Shown here in pieces: positions 45,062 to 54,292 of a DNA stretch of 64,000 nt (positions are counted from its first letter, which is position 1; the number at the start of each line of letters is the position of its first letter). The notes below the pieces were generated by a model. That model was not told the origin of the DNA. It searched no databases and saw nothing but the letters and a program-made list of their open reading frames with translations. The translations under genes were made by a program, and so were the position numbers. This DNA is from an uncultured Pseudomonadota bacterium (GTDB lineage Bacteria > Myxococcota_A > Polyangia > Fen-1088), in NCBI GenBank assembly GCA_963831685.1, contig CAWHRJ010000004.1, positions 64,812 through 128,811 on the forward strand, written 5' to 3'.

Positions 45062-46846
45062 TCAGTGGGCGATGGTGCGTGCCAGCTGCTGGGCGTGCCG
45101 CGCGATGTCGGGGACCGAGGTCGTCTCCCAGTCGCTGGCACGGCGGACCGCGCCGATGCCGAAGATCCGCCGCGAGGTCTCGCCACGCCCATCGACGACG
45201 CGCCCGTCCGTCGTCGTTTCGATGCCGAGACCGTTCGGGAGGAGCGCCGCCAGCCCACCGTCGATCAGGGATCGCAAGAGCGGCGTGGCGGCCTCGGCGG
45301 CTTCCAGCGCGGGTCCGATGCACCTGACGACCGCGTCGAACCGCTCGGCGCGTTCACTTCCCGAGCGCTCGTGAATGACGACGTCGAGCGACGCGGAGTC
45401 ACCGCGCGGATCGATGGTCACCCGGCCGGCGATACGGCGCAAACGACCGCTCTGCGTCCAATCGTCCAGCAGCGCGTGAGCGTCCGCGGGCGCGCGGTGG
45501 CGGAACACGTCCCAGTACGGGCGAACGTGGCGAACGAAGCTGGCCCGATCCTTCGGGGAGAGCGCGCGAAACAGACGCGCGATGTTCGGGCGCAGGCCGT
45601 CGACGGCCCGCTGCCAGGGGACGCCGGCGGCCTCGGCCGAGGCGATCGTCTGACGAACCCACCGGACCAACGGGCGCAGCGTCCGTGGCGCGCTTTCGAT
45701 CTCGGCGCCTGGAAACGGCGTCGTCGCGTGAAACAGGGGCTCGTGCGGAAACGGGAGAAGCCCGCGTCGCGAGACCAGGGTGACGTCGCCGGCAAAGCCC
45801 TGCGCGCTGAGGAAGGCGAGCACGTCCAGCGCGCTCAGCCCGGAGCCGAGGAGCAGAAGCCGGCCCTGCTTCGGCAGCGTCGCCAGCGCGCACTCGTCCC
45901 ACGCATCGACCAGGCGCGGATGCCAGTGGCCCTGCTTGACGCGCGGGACGATCCCGGTGGCCAGCACCACCGCCTCCGCCGGCAGCGTCACGCCACCGCG
46001 GAGCACCACGGCGTCGCGCGTGACCGCGACCCCCTCGTCGCGCCACACCCTCAGCTTGGCGGGGCTGCTCCTGACCGCGGCAGCGAGGCTGGCCGTGACG
46101 TACCGGGCGTAGAGCGCGCGCCCCAGGAAGGCATCCGGCGTCGCCTCGCTGCCCGAGAACCGCACGAAGTCACCGGGCGCCTCCGGATCGATGCTCATGC
46201 GCGAGGCCGGGACGTTCAGGCGGAAGACGTCGCTCTCGACTCCGTACGCGACGCCGCGTCCCAGCCACGGCCCCATCTCGACGAGATGAATGCGCCCGTT
46301 GCCGTCCATCTCGCGCAGCAGGTGGTAGGCGACCGCCGCGCCGGCGAAGCCGCCGCCGACGATGACGACCTGGCGTCCGAGCTGCGACGACGGCGCGTCG
46401 ATCGGCAGCGGCGGGCTGTAGGCGTGCAAGGTGAGCAACGGGTCGCGACCCGCGTTCATCACCTGGTGCAGGCGAGGCGCGTTCTCCTCGATGATGCTTC
46501 CGGGCGCCCAGACTCTGTCCCGGCCACCCAACACGGTCTCCGTGGCGGTGCCGCGCAGCACCTTGAAGGCGCAAGCCGACGCACCATGCCCGTGCAGCGA
46601 GGACGACTGCCCCGGGCGCCAGCAGTGCAGCCGCAGCTCCAGCCGATCGTTGCGATAGATGAGCGCCCGGACGTAGCTGTCGTCCTCGAAGCTCACGAAG
46701 CCCCGAACGTCGTCGAAGGTGATGGGCGCCGCCAGCGCCGCCGCCAAAGCCGCCCCATCCGGGCGCTCCGCCCGCAACAGGCCGTCGAGGAGAGCCGCGA
46801 GGTTGGGTGTGAGATCAGTCTGAGGCGCCACGGATGACCTCCGCAC
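45062..46846 (-). CDS. cupin (cysteine-dioxygenase-type-I-like) + FAD/NAD(P)-binding domain protein
   Basis: The N-terminal LRLHCWRPGQSSSLHGHGASACAFKVLRG has a CDO-like cupin look. It is followed by VVIVGGGFAGAAVAYHL and a second dinucleotide site LLLGSGLSALD. Confidence 0.75.
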   Translation of the reverse strand: MRRSSVAPQTDLTPNLAALLDGLLRAERPDGAALAAALAAPITFDDVRGFVSFEDDSYVRALIYRNDRLELRLHCWRPGQSSSLHGHGASACAFKVLRGTATETVLGGRDRVWAPGSIIEENAPRLHQVMNAGRDPLLTLHAYSPPLPIDAPSSQLGRQVVIVGGGFAGAAVAYHLLREMDGNGRIHLVEMGPWLGRGVAYGVESDVFRLNVPASRMSIDPEAPGDFVRFSGSEATPDAFLGRALYARYVTASLAAAVRSSPAKLRVWRDEGVAVTRDAVVLRGGVTLPAEAVVLATGIVPRVKQGHWHPRLVDAWDECALATLPKQGRLLLLGSGLSALDVLAFLSAQGFAGDVTLVSRRGLLPFPHEPLFHATTPFPGAEIESAPRTLRPLVRWVRQTIASAEAAGVPWQRAVDGLRPNIARLFRALSPKDRASFVRHVRPYWDVFRHRAPADAHALLDDWTQSGRLRRIAGRVTIDPRGDSASLDVVIHERSGSERAERFDAVVRCIGPALEAAEAATPLLRSLIDGGLAALLPNGLGIETTTDGRVVDGRGETSRRIFGIGAVRRASDWETTSVPDIARHAQQLARTIAH

Positions 46847-47048
46847 CTTTAGTCTCCCACGCTGCGCGGCGATCGGGGCGGAACAATCGCGTGAGCGGGT
46901 CGGTTCGCAAGATCAGCGACGACTGGCGAGGCGAGGCGCTGCGCGGACTTTGCGTTTATGGCGAGGTGTTTTCATTTGTGGCGAACACCCACGAGACCTC
47001 TGCTCGCGGCCGAGTTTCTCGGGCATAACGTTGCTGGGACCAAGAAGA

Positions 47049-48251
47049 ATGGACCGAACGGCGGTGGCCCGTGAGTTGCGGTGCGAGCGAGCACCGGTGC
47101 CGGTGCGCGATCGCCGAAAGCGCCTCGGCGCGCTCGTCGCGGGCGCATGGGTGGGACTTCTTCTGGCTTCCTGCCAGGGACCGGAGGAGTTCTTTCGAAA
47201 CGACCAGACGGGAATGGGGCAGGGCGGGAGCACGCCCACCGGGACGGGGGGGAGCATCGTGAGCGGGACAGGGGGGAGCGTCGTGGTGAGCACGGGAGGA
47301 ACCTCGGCTGGTGGCACGGGCGGCACCACTGGAATTGCGGGAACAACTGGCACTGGGGGTCGGGGAGGAGTGACGGGAGCCGGCGGTTCGGGGAGCCCTG
47401 GGGGGGCGACCGGGGCCGCCGGCTCTGGGGGTCGGGGGGGAGCAACGGGAGCCGCCGGCTCTGGGGGGCGCGGGGGAGTCGGCGGAACCGCGGGAGGCGC
47501 GGGGCGCGGCGGGACCACCGGAGCGGCCGGCGCCGGCGGCCGTGGGGGACGCGGGGGCGGGGCCGGAGCTGCGGGGAGCACGGGGACCGCCGGTACGAGC
47601 GGCGGGAACTCCTGTCCGCTCGGCGGCAAGCTCACCTGCACGAGCACGGGCTCGCTGAAGCTGACGCCCGACGGACAGGTCGTCGACTTTTCGCCCGTGG
47701 AATGGCAAAGCACGTCGGCCACCTGGTGCGACACACACGGCCTCGACGGCGGCATCTCCTCGTACGCGGGCACGTCGTCGACAGCTGCGGCGGTCGTCGA
47801 CACGGCGGCGCAGAACCTCAAGCTCAACCTGACCGTCGGAGCAGGCCAGTACGCCGGCGGTCGGGTGAACTTCGACTCCTGCGTCGACGCGAGCAGCTTC
47901 AACGCCGTCCAGTTCACCGCCTCTGTGACGGCAGGCAGCCTCACGGGCTGCACCTGGCAGGTGCAGATTCAGACTCAGGATCAGCGCCCGACCACCTCGA
48001 CGAATCCGACGGGTGGAACGTGCAACTCGACGACGACGACCTGCGAACGCTACCCGGCGTTCACCCTCGCCGCCGCGACCGCGGCCGCCACGACCGTCAC
48101 CACCCCGTTCTCGTCGTTCAACAACACCGCCAACTCGACGATCGCGACGCCGAGCCAGATCGTCGGGCTGCAGTGGCAGGTCAACTCGGGCAACTCGGGC
48201 TCGGGCACGTGCACCGTCGAGCTGCGTATCGATAACGTCCGATTCCAGTAG
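47049..48251 (+). CDS. lipoprotein with Gly-rich linker and C-terminal carbohydrate-binding-module-like domain
   Basis: Lipobox LLASC and about 130 aa of Gly-rich linker. The C-terminal beta-sandwich-like domain ends VGLQWQVNSGNSGSGTCTVELRIDNVRFQ. Confidence 0.7.
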   Translation: MDRTAVARELRCERAPVPVRDRRKRLGALVAGAWVGLLLASCQGPEEFFRNDQTGMGQGGSTPTGTGGSIVSGTGGSVVVSTGGTSAGGTGGTTGIAGTTGTGGRGGVTGAGGSGSPGGATGAAGSGGRGGATGAAGSGGRGGVGGTAGGAGRGGTTGAAGAGGRGGRGGGAGAAGSTGTAGTSGGNSCPLGGKLTCTSTGSLKLTPDGQVVDFSPVEWQSTSATWCDTHGLDGGISSYAGTSSTAAAVVDTAAQNLKLNLTVGAGQYAGGRVNFDSCVDASSFNAVQFTASVTAGSLTGCTWQVQIQTQDQRPTTSTNPTGGTCNSTTTTCERYPAFTLAAATAAATTVTTPFSSFNNTANSTIATPSQIVGLQWQVNSGNSGSGTCTVELRIDNVRFQ

Positions 48252-48273
48252 AGGCCGCGAAAACGCCGCGAAG

Positions 48274-49227
48274 CTAGCGCGCGTCGGTCTTCGTCGACCC
48301 GCGCACGTACTGGCGGGGGCTCGCGCGCAGCTGCGCCCGGAACACCCGATAGAACTGCGAATAGCTGCCGAATCCGGCTTCGTAAGCCGCCTCGAGGAGG
48401 TTGGTGAGACCGCCGTCGAGCAACACCGCGAACCTGTCGAGGCGAAGCCGGTTCCTGTACTCGACCAGCGACATCCCCTTCTGGGTCTTGAAAACACGGG
48501 CCAGGTGCGAAAGGCTGACGTTCAGCGCAGCCGCGATCTCCTTGCCGCCCATCCCCGGATTCTCGTCGAGCAGCGCGACCGTCGACGAAACGAGCCGTTG
48601 GCTCGGCGATTCGAGGGGGCGAACCGCGCGGCGCCCGAACCAGACCCGCGCGGGATCGAGCATCATCCCCAGCGCGGCGCACAGAACGGCCGTTTGCGCC
48701 TGCTTGATCTCGTCGACCACCGCGTCGGTCAGCGCCGCATCGTTGAACATCATCCCGATCGCCCCGTGCGTCGAGCGGATCGGTGTCTTGGCGACCCAGC
48801 CGCGCCCGGCGACTCGGGTCTCGCCCCCTTGGTGCTCGATGATCGGGCAGTTCTCGAACACCGTGAAGTGCGCCCCCTCGCTTTCGGAGCGATGCAGCGC
48901 CTCCAGGTCGCTCTCGCAGATATCGTAGACGATGTGGTGCTCGTCGACGACGCTGCACGAGACGTCCATCCCCCACGTCCCCAGCATCAGGTTGCGCGAG
49001 GGGTCGAGCAGGAAGATGCCCGCGCGTTTGAGCCCGATTCGATCCCGCGCCAGCTCCACGGCGCGACGGAGGATGAGGTCCGTGTCCTCGAGGAGACGGA
49101 TCTCGTCGAGCACCGCCAGCAACGGCGCCAGGCCCCCGCGCGAAGATCCCCCCACGGCTCTCGGACCCGGTGCGTCAGGCCACAAGATGCTCGGCCAGTT
49201 GGCCCGTCTCCCCGTCACCTTGAACAT
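48274..49227 (-). CDS. AraC-family transcriptional regulator with N-terminal GAF-like sensor domain
   Basis: The C-terminal HTH is IAAALNVSLSHLARVFKTQKGMSLVEYRNRLRL...EAGFGSYSQFYRVFR. Confidence 0.85.
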   Translation of the reverse strand: MFKVTGRRANWPSILWPDAPGPRAVGGSSRGGLAPLLAVLDEIRLLEDTDLILRRAVELARDRIGLKRAGIFLLDPSRNLMLGTWGMDVSCSVVDEHHIVYDICESDLEALHRSESEGAHFTVFENCPIIEHQGGETRVAGRGWVAKTPIRSTHGAIGMMFNDAALTDAVVDEIKQAQTAVLCAALGMMLDPARVWFGRRAVRPLESPSQRLVSSTVALLDENPGMGGKEIAAALNVSLSHLARVFKTQKGMSLVEYRNRLRLDRFAVLLDGGLTNLLEAAYEAGFGSYSQFYRVFRAQLRASPRQYVRGSTKTDAR

Positions 49228-49258
49228 GACCCAATATTCCCGAAACCGTGAATCCCGA

Positions 49259-50638
49259 TCAGGGCCCGATCCCCCATTTGCGGCGCAGGAGCTCGATCAG
49301 GCCGTCGAACGCGTCGCGCATCGCCCACGCCTTGTCGACGAAACCCGGCCGTCGGCCGGCTTCGTTGACGCCCGCCATCAGCGCCTCCTTGGGGCCGGCG
49401 CATCCGTTGACCTGGCGCTGCAGGGCGAGGGCCGCGCCTTCGTAGACGCGGAAGCAGGCCTCGAAGTTTCCCTGATTGTAGAGCGGGGCGCCGACGCCGA
49501 TGGCGCTGTCGATGGCGCGCGCGAGCTGTCGTCCGTCGGCCGGGCTGCAGTCGTCGAGCAGTCGCAGCGGATGCGACGGGACGTGGCGCGCGGGGGCAGC
49601 GGGAAGCGCCAGCGTGGGTGCGGGCGCGTCGTGCCGCTCGATCACCTCGAGCACGCCGTCGAACGCATCGCGCATCGCCCACGCCTTGTCGTCGAAGCTG
49701 ACGAGCGTGTCGGCCTTGCGCACGCCTGCCAGAAGCGCCTCGCGCGGCCCCGCGCACGCCTTCACTTCGTGGTCGATGGCGACGGCGGCGGAGGCGTAGG
49801 CGCGGTAGCAGCCCTCGTGGTTGCCCTGGTTGTAAGCAGGGGCGCCGACGGAGATGGCCACCTGGATGCGGTCGGCGATGACGTGGAGGCTCGCCTCCGA
49901 GCAGCCGGCGAGCAGGCTGAGCTCGTGGTGCGGCACGTTGCGCTTGACCTTGCCGCTCGTCTTCCACCTGTACGCCGCGAGCGGCGTCGCCACCTTCGCG
50001 TCGAGCATCGGTTTGACGGCGTTGATGGCCACGCCGAAGTTGAGGTTCTGCCCCTGCGTGATGATCAGCGTCGAGACGCCGACCACCTGGCCGCGCTCGT
50101 CGATGATCGGGCCGCCGGACGAACCGGGCGAGATGGGCGCGCTCAGCTGCAGCAGCGAGACCCGAGCGTCGATCTGCCGCAGCGCGCTGACCAGCCCGTC
50201 GGAGACGGTGTTGCTGAGACCGAGCGGATTGCCGATGGCCACCACGCGCTGCCCCACCTGCACGCGGCTCGAGTCGCCGAGTGACAGCGCCGGAAGCTTG
50301 TCGGCCGGCACCTTGAGCAGCGCCAGGTCGAAGGCGTCGCTGACGGCGAGGACCTCGACGCCGCCGAGCCTGCGCCCGTCGGACAACACCACCGTCGCTT
50401 CCCGAGCGCCGGCGACGACGTGCAGGTTGGTGACGATGCGTCCGTCGCTGCGCACGACGAAGCCGGAGCCGAGACCGCCCGGCACCTCGATGGTTACCAC
50501 CGACGGCATCGCGCGCGCCGCGATCTGCTGCGGCGTCAGCGGCGGCGCCGGCGGCTCGCCGGCGTACACCCTCGGACCCATGAGCAGCGTCGCGACCGCG
50601 ACGGCCTGCGCGATCGACGCGCGACATCCGAACATCAT
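49259..50638 (-). CDS. trypsin-like (S1C) serine protease with two C-terminal repeats of an unknown domain
   Basis: Signal peptide. His region GSGFVV...IVTNLHVV and Ser region SPGSSGGPIID. No PDZ. Two roughly 95-aa repeats follow, each ending KAWAMRDAFDG. Confidence 0.85.
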   Translation of the reverse strand: MMFGCRASIAQAVAVATLLMGPRVYAGEPPAPPLTPQQIAARAMPSVVTIEVPGGLGSGFVVRSDGRIVTNLHVVAGAREATVVLSDGRRLGGVEVLAVSDAFDLALLKVPADKLPALSLGDSSRVQVGQRVVAIGNPLGLSNTVSDGLVSALRQIDARVSLLQLSAPISPGSSGGPIIDERGQVVGVSTLIITQGQNLNFGVAINAVKPMLDAKVATPLAAYRWKTSGKVKRNVPHHELSLLAGCSEASLHVIADRIQVAISVGAPAYNQGNHEGCYRAYASAAVAIDHEVKACAGPREALLAGVRKADTLVSFDDKAWAMRDAFDGVLEVIERHDAPAPTLALPAAPARHVPSHPLRLLDDCSPADGRQLARAIDSAIGVGAPLYNQGNFEACFRVYEGAALALQRQVNGCAGPKEALMAGVNEAGRRPGFVDKAWAMRDAFDGLIELLRRKWGIGP

Positions 50639-50751
50639 CGAGATCCCTACGATCTGACAGGATATCAGGAGGCCAAACTTCGTCGAGCCAGGGCCACCGG
50701 AGTCCGGCCCTTCGATCCTTGCCAGCGCCCGCCCGCGCGTATGATCCCGTC

Positions 50752-51558
50752 GTGCCTAGCGTGGGTCAGACCGGCTGGAGCCGCGCGAGGTGGCGGCCGG
50801 CGGTGACAGTCATCGTGCTCTGCCTGTTGGCCGGACGGAAGGCGCGGGCCGTCGACCCCTTCGAGATCCAGGTCTACGACGCTTCGATCAATCCCCCGAT
50901 GACGGCCGGGATCGAGCTGCACGTCAACTCGGTCGTGTCGGGGCTCGAGACGGCGCCACCACCCGAGCTGCCACCGAATCACCAAACCCACCTGACCGCT
51001 GAACCATCGCTCGGGCTCACGACTTGGTGGGAAGTGGGAGGGTACGTCCAGTCGACGATTCGACGCGACGGTGGCTTCGACTTCGCCGGGGTGAAGCTGC
51101 GCTCGAAGCTCGCGCTTCCACCGGCTCCGGGAAGCCCGTTCCGGTGGGCCGTCAACTTCGAGGTGTCATGGTTGCCCGCAGCGTACGACGCCGCTCGATG
51201 GGGCGCCGAGGTCCGACCCATCGCGACGGCGTCGGTTGCAAGCGGGCGACTTTTCTTCGCCGTGAACCCGATCCTGGACTGGGATCTCGCCGGCCCGAAC
51301 GCGGCCGCCAGGCCCGCTCTGGAGCCCGCGGTCGCCGGGCTCTTCGTCGTCGAGAATCTTCTCTCGGTGGGGTTCGAGTACTACGCGAGCTTCGGGCCAA
51401 TCGGACGCTGGCTACCCGCGGCTGCGGAGGAGCAGTACCTGTACGAGGTCATCAACCTCGACCGGTGGAAAAGATGGGACCTCAATTTCGGCGTGGGGGA
51501 GGGGCTCACGGACGCCTCGAACCGCTTTGTTGTCAAAGCGATTTTGGGCTTTCGCTGA
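50752..51558 (+). CDS. hypothetical outer-membrane beta-barrel protein
   Basis: Signal-like RWRPAVTVIVLCLLAGRKARA, beta-strand periodicity, and terminal AILGFR. The start is uncertain (track TTG 50719; GTG 50752 or 50761). Confidence 0.5.
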   Translation: MPSVGQTGWSRARWRPAVTVIVLCLLAGRKARAVDPFEIQVYDASINPPMTAGIELHVNSVVSGLETAPPPELPPNHQTHLTAEPSLGLTTWWEVGGYVQSTIRRDGGFDFAGVKLRSKLALPPAPGSPFRWAVNFEVSWLPAAYDAARWGAEVRPIATASVASGRLFFAVNPILDWDLAGPNAAARPALEPAVAGLFVVENLLSVGFEYYASFGPIGRWLPAAAEEQYLYEVINLDRWKRWDLNFGVGEGLTDASNRFVVKAILGFR

Positions 51559-51602
51559 AGCCGGATTGTCGGAAATGTCCGTGGCAAATTTAGCGCCCTG
51601 CT

Positions 51603-51651
51603 CCTGCCTGCTTTCGATGAGGTGGGGGTACTAGAGGCACCAATAGGCGGA
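51603..51651 (+). promoter_or_regulatory. conserved upstream element, copy 1 (cctgcctgctttcga-N5-tgggggtact-N12-aggcgga)
   Basis: 32 of 49 positions, in three exact blocks (15, 10 and 7 nt) with identical spacing, match 58350-58398. Ends 22 nt before ATG 51674. The reading-frame relation differs between the copies, so the conservation is not coding. Confidence 0.6.
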
Positions 51652-51673
51652 AGTCCGCCCTCGCTGGACGCCG

Positions 51674-52516
51674 ATGCGAATCTCGCCCCTCAATCGGATT
51701 TTGATGACGCTCGTCGTGACCGCGGCCCTCTACGGCTGCGCCCAGAGCGAGCCGATCAATCTCTTCGTCCTCCTGCCGGACGGCGGTGGACAGTCCGGAG
51801 GGGCGACGGGAAGCGGGACCGGCGGCGACAGCTCGAGCAGCGGGGGGAACCAGGGCTCCGGCTCGGGCGGTACCGGAACTACCGGGAATGGCGGTTCCGT
51901 CGGGACGGGCGGCTCCGGTACCGGGGGCACCGTGAGCGGTGCCGGCGGCTCAACCGGCAGCGGTGGCTTGACCGGAAGTGGCGGGTCGGTCGGAACGGGC
52001 GGCTCCGCCACCGGGGGCGTGACGGGCAGCGGGGGCCTGACGGGCAGCGGTGGCCTCACAGGCAGCGGTGGCCTCACAGGCAGCGGTGGCCTCACAGGCA
52101 GCGGTGGCTCCATCGGAAGCGGGGGCACGACGGGCACCGGCGGATCGACCGGCTCGGGCGGGAAGGGCGGAACCACGGGGACGGGTGGCTCGACCGGCTC
52201 GGGCGGCACGACGGGCACCGGCGGCGCCGGTGGCGCGGCGGCCCCGACTTTCACGCAGGTCTACAAGCAGATCTTGACCGTCTACTGCGCGGGAAGTCAG
52301 TGCCACAACCCTGGGTCGCAGCGCGGGATGGCGTTCGCGACGCAATCGGGTGCCTACACCTGCGTATTGACCGTGGTGACACCGGGGAACGGCGCCAACT
52401 CCAGCTTCTACAAGACGGTCAACGGTGGGTCGATGCCCCCGGGTGGACCGAAACTGTCGGCCGCCAACCTCGCGCTCATCAAAGCCTGGATAGACGCCGG
52501 CGCGCTCAACAACTGA
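51674..52516 (+). CDS. lipoprotein with GSGGxT repeat linker and PSCyt-like domain, CX4CH variant
   Basis: Lipobox LYGC and a long Gly/Ser/Thr linker, then ILTVYCAGSQCHNPG, GSMPPGG and LIKAWIDAGALNN. Confidence 0.7.
   Translation: MRISPLNRILMTLVVTAALYGCAQSEPINLFVLLPDGGGQSGGATGSGTGGDSSSSGGNQGSGSGGTGTTGNGGSVGTGGSGTGGTVSGAGGSTGSGGLTGSGGSVGTGGSATGGVTGSGGLTGSGGLTGSGGLTGSGGLTGSGGSIGSGGTTGTGGSTGSGGKGGTTGTGGSTGSGGTTGTGGAGGAAAPTFTQVYKQILTVYCAGSQCHNPGSQRGMAFATQSGAYTCVLTVVTPGNGANSSFYKTVNGGSMPPGGPKLSAANLALIKAWIDAGALNN
52025..52114 (+). repeat. five tandem 18-nt units (ggcagcggtggcctcaca) encoding GSGGLT
   Basis: The three central units (52043, 52061, 52079) are identical; the flanking units are slightly diverged. 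Confidence 0.9.
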
Positions 52517-52571
52517 CGGGCCGCCGCGGGCTCCGCGAGATATATTTGTCACGGCGTGAGCTGATGTCCGG

Positions 52572-53576
52572 ATGGTGACAGCCCCCATCGTCTTGCTCAT
52601 CGCCGTGGCGAACACCCCCGACGGCATCGCCGCGGCGAATGAAGCTGCCGCCGCATGTTTGCAGGCGCTACCGTCCGGAGCGAAGACGGTGCTCCGCACC
52701 GTCCCGAAGGCTCCCGACGACGCCGACGTCAGCGTGGCCGCGGCGGCAGCCGGCGCGACGGCGACCGTGGTCGTGACCTGGCGAGATGCCGACCACTTGG
52801 TGAGCGACGTCCGCGTCCGCTCGACGCCGCCCGACGGAATCGTGCGGCAGACCGAGCGCAACGTCGTTTTCAGCGCGCGCGATCAGCCGGTCGAGCGTGG
52901 CCGAGCTCTCGGTTTGGTGATCGCGTCCATTCTGGACGAGGATTGGACCGCCGGGGCCAGGACGGCCAGCCCGGCGGCCGTCGTGCCCGTCGGTGTCGGG
53001 GGCGGAGCGGTCGACACGGAGGTCCCCGCGGCGATCGCCGGAGCGCACGGGCTGCCCTCGCGGGAGGCGCCGCGTTGGGCCTTGGAGGCGAACGTCATCA
53101 CGGCCGTGGACGCGCAGGAGGACTTCGACGACGCCATCGGGGGGCTCGTCGCCCTGCGGCGGTCGTTGACCCCCCGATGGGCGCTTCGGGCAGGGTTGGG
53201 TCTCCGCGTCGCAGATCTGGACGGCGCCAACGCCACGGCGCGCACCACAATGGGGTCCTTGGGCGTCGTGTGGGCCAGCCGCGGGTTCGCGGAAGGAGAG
53301 CGCGTGGGTTTCGCTGTACGAGCCGACCTTCTTGGGGTCCGCGAGGTGATCAAGCGGCAAGGGAACGACGATCGAGGGACCGTTGGGCTCTGGACGGTCG
53401 GCGCGGACGTCGTCGGGCAGATTGGTCTCGGGCTCTCGTCGGGGACGAGCCTGCTCGGGAGCGCCGGCGTCGAAGGCTTTGCCAGCGGCGAGAGCCTAGT
53501 CTCGGACGGGCAGGCGCCGGCCACGCTCTCGCGCGGCCGCCTCATCTTCGAGCTGGGCGTGCTGTCACGCTTTTAG
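52572..53576 (+). CDS. hypothetical protein, possible outer-membrane barrel domain at C-terminus
   Basis: Earliest possible start is ATG 52572, because an in-frame stop lies at 52557. The C-terminal half has beta-strand periodicity and ends GVLSRF. There is no clean signal peptide. Confidence 0.5.
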   Translation: MVTAPIVLLIAVANTPDGIAAANEAAAACLQALPSGAKTVLRTVPKAPDDADVSVAAAAAGATATVVVTWRDADHLVSDVRVRSTPPDGIVRQTERNVVFSARDQPVERGRALGLVIASILDEDWTAGARTASPAAVVPVGVGGGAVDTEVPAAIAGAHGLPSREAPRWALEANVITAVDAQEDFDDAIGGLVALRRSLTPRWALRAGLGLRVADLDGANATARTTMGSLGVVWASRGFAEGERVGFAVRADLLGVREVIKRQGNDDRGTVGLWTVGADVVGQIGLGLSSGTSLLGSAGVEGFASGESLVSDGQAPATLSRGRLIFELGVLSRF

Positions 53577-53626
53577 CTCAGCCTGCTGCCTGATGGTTCG
53601 AGGTACTCTATAAAGGAAGCGCTTCC

Positions 53627-54292
53627 ATGGCTGCCGTTCGTCCACACAAAACCGTGCTCAGCGTCGTCCCGGGCGCCGAAGCGTCCCGGGCGGAACGCCG
53701 TCCGCGCCGCAGCGATGACGAGATCCTGGCGGGGCTCCGGCGCGGCGACCTCGAGGTGGCGGAGGACTTCTACTGGCGCGTCAAACCGGTCGTGGATCGG
53801 ACGGTTCGCCGGTTGATGGGGCGGATGGACAGCGACGGAGAGGATCTCATTCAGATTGCGCTCATCCAGCTCATCGAGTCGGTGGCCCATTACCGCGGCG
53901 AGTGTGCCCTCGATGCCTGGGTCTCCACCGTCTCGGCACACGTCGTCTACAAGCACATCCGCCGCCGGCGGCTGGAGCGGACAATCTTCGCCGCGGCGCT
54001 GGACGACGACGAAGAGATCGCGGTCAGCCCGAGGTCCAGCAGCGTCGACGCGATGTCGCTTCGCCGGGCGCTCGGGCAGGTCGCCGAGCATCTGTGCACG
54101 ATGCGGGAGGAGAGATCGTGGGCCTTCCTGTTGCACGACGTCTGTGGCTACTCCCTCGACGAGGTCGCGCACATCTGCGGGATCTCGGTCGTCGCCGCCC
54201 AGAGTCGGCTCGTCCGTGGGCGCCGCGAGATCCACGACCGGATCGCGGCTGATCCTCGCCTGGCGGAGATTCTCGATCGGGGTGAGCCGTGA
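53627..54292 (+). CDS. ECF-type RNA polymerase sigma-70 family factor
   Basis: Region 2 (DLIQIALIQLIESVAHY...LDAWVSTVSAHVVYKHIRRRR) and region 4 HTH (YSLDEVAHICGISVVAAQSRLVRGRREI). Confidence 0.85.
   Translation: MAAVRPHKTVLSVVPGAEASRAERRPRRSDDEILAGLRRGDLEVAEDFYWRVKPVVDRTVRRLMGRMDSDGEDLIQIALIQLIESVAHYRGECALDAWVSTVSAHVVYKHIRRRRLERTIFAAALDDDEEIAVSPRSSSVDAMSLRRALGQVAEHLCTMREERSWAFLLHDVCGYSLDEVAHICGISVVAAQSRLVRGRREIHDRIAADPRLAEILDRGEP

Noticed and set aside
53581-53607. Possible third copy of the conserved upstream element, in front of the ECF sigma gene.
   Set aside because: It shares cctgctgcctg, ttcga and ggtact, but the block spacing differs. It is therefore mentioned only as a weak look-alike under the main finding.
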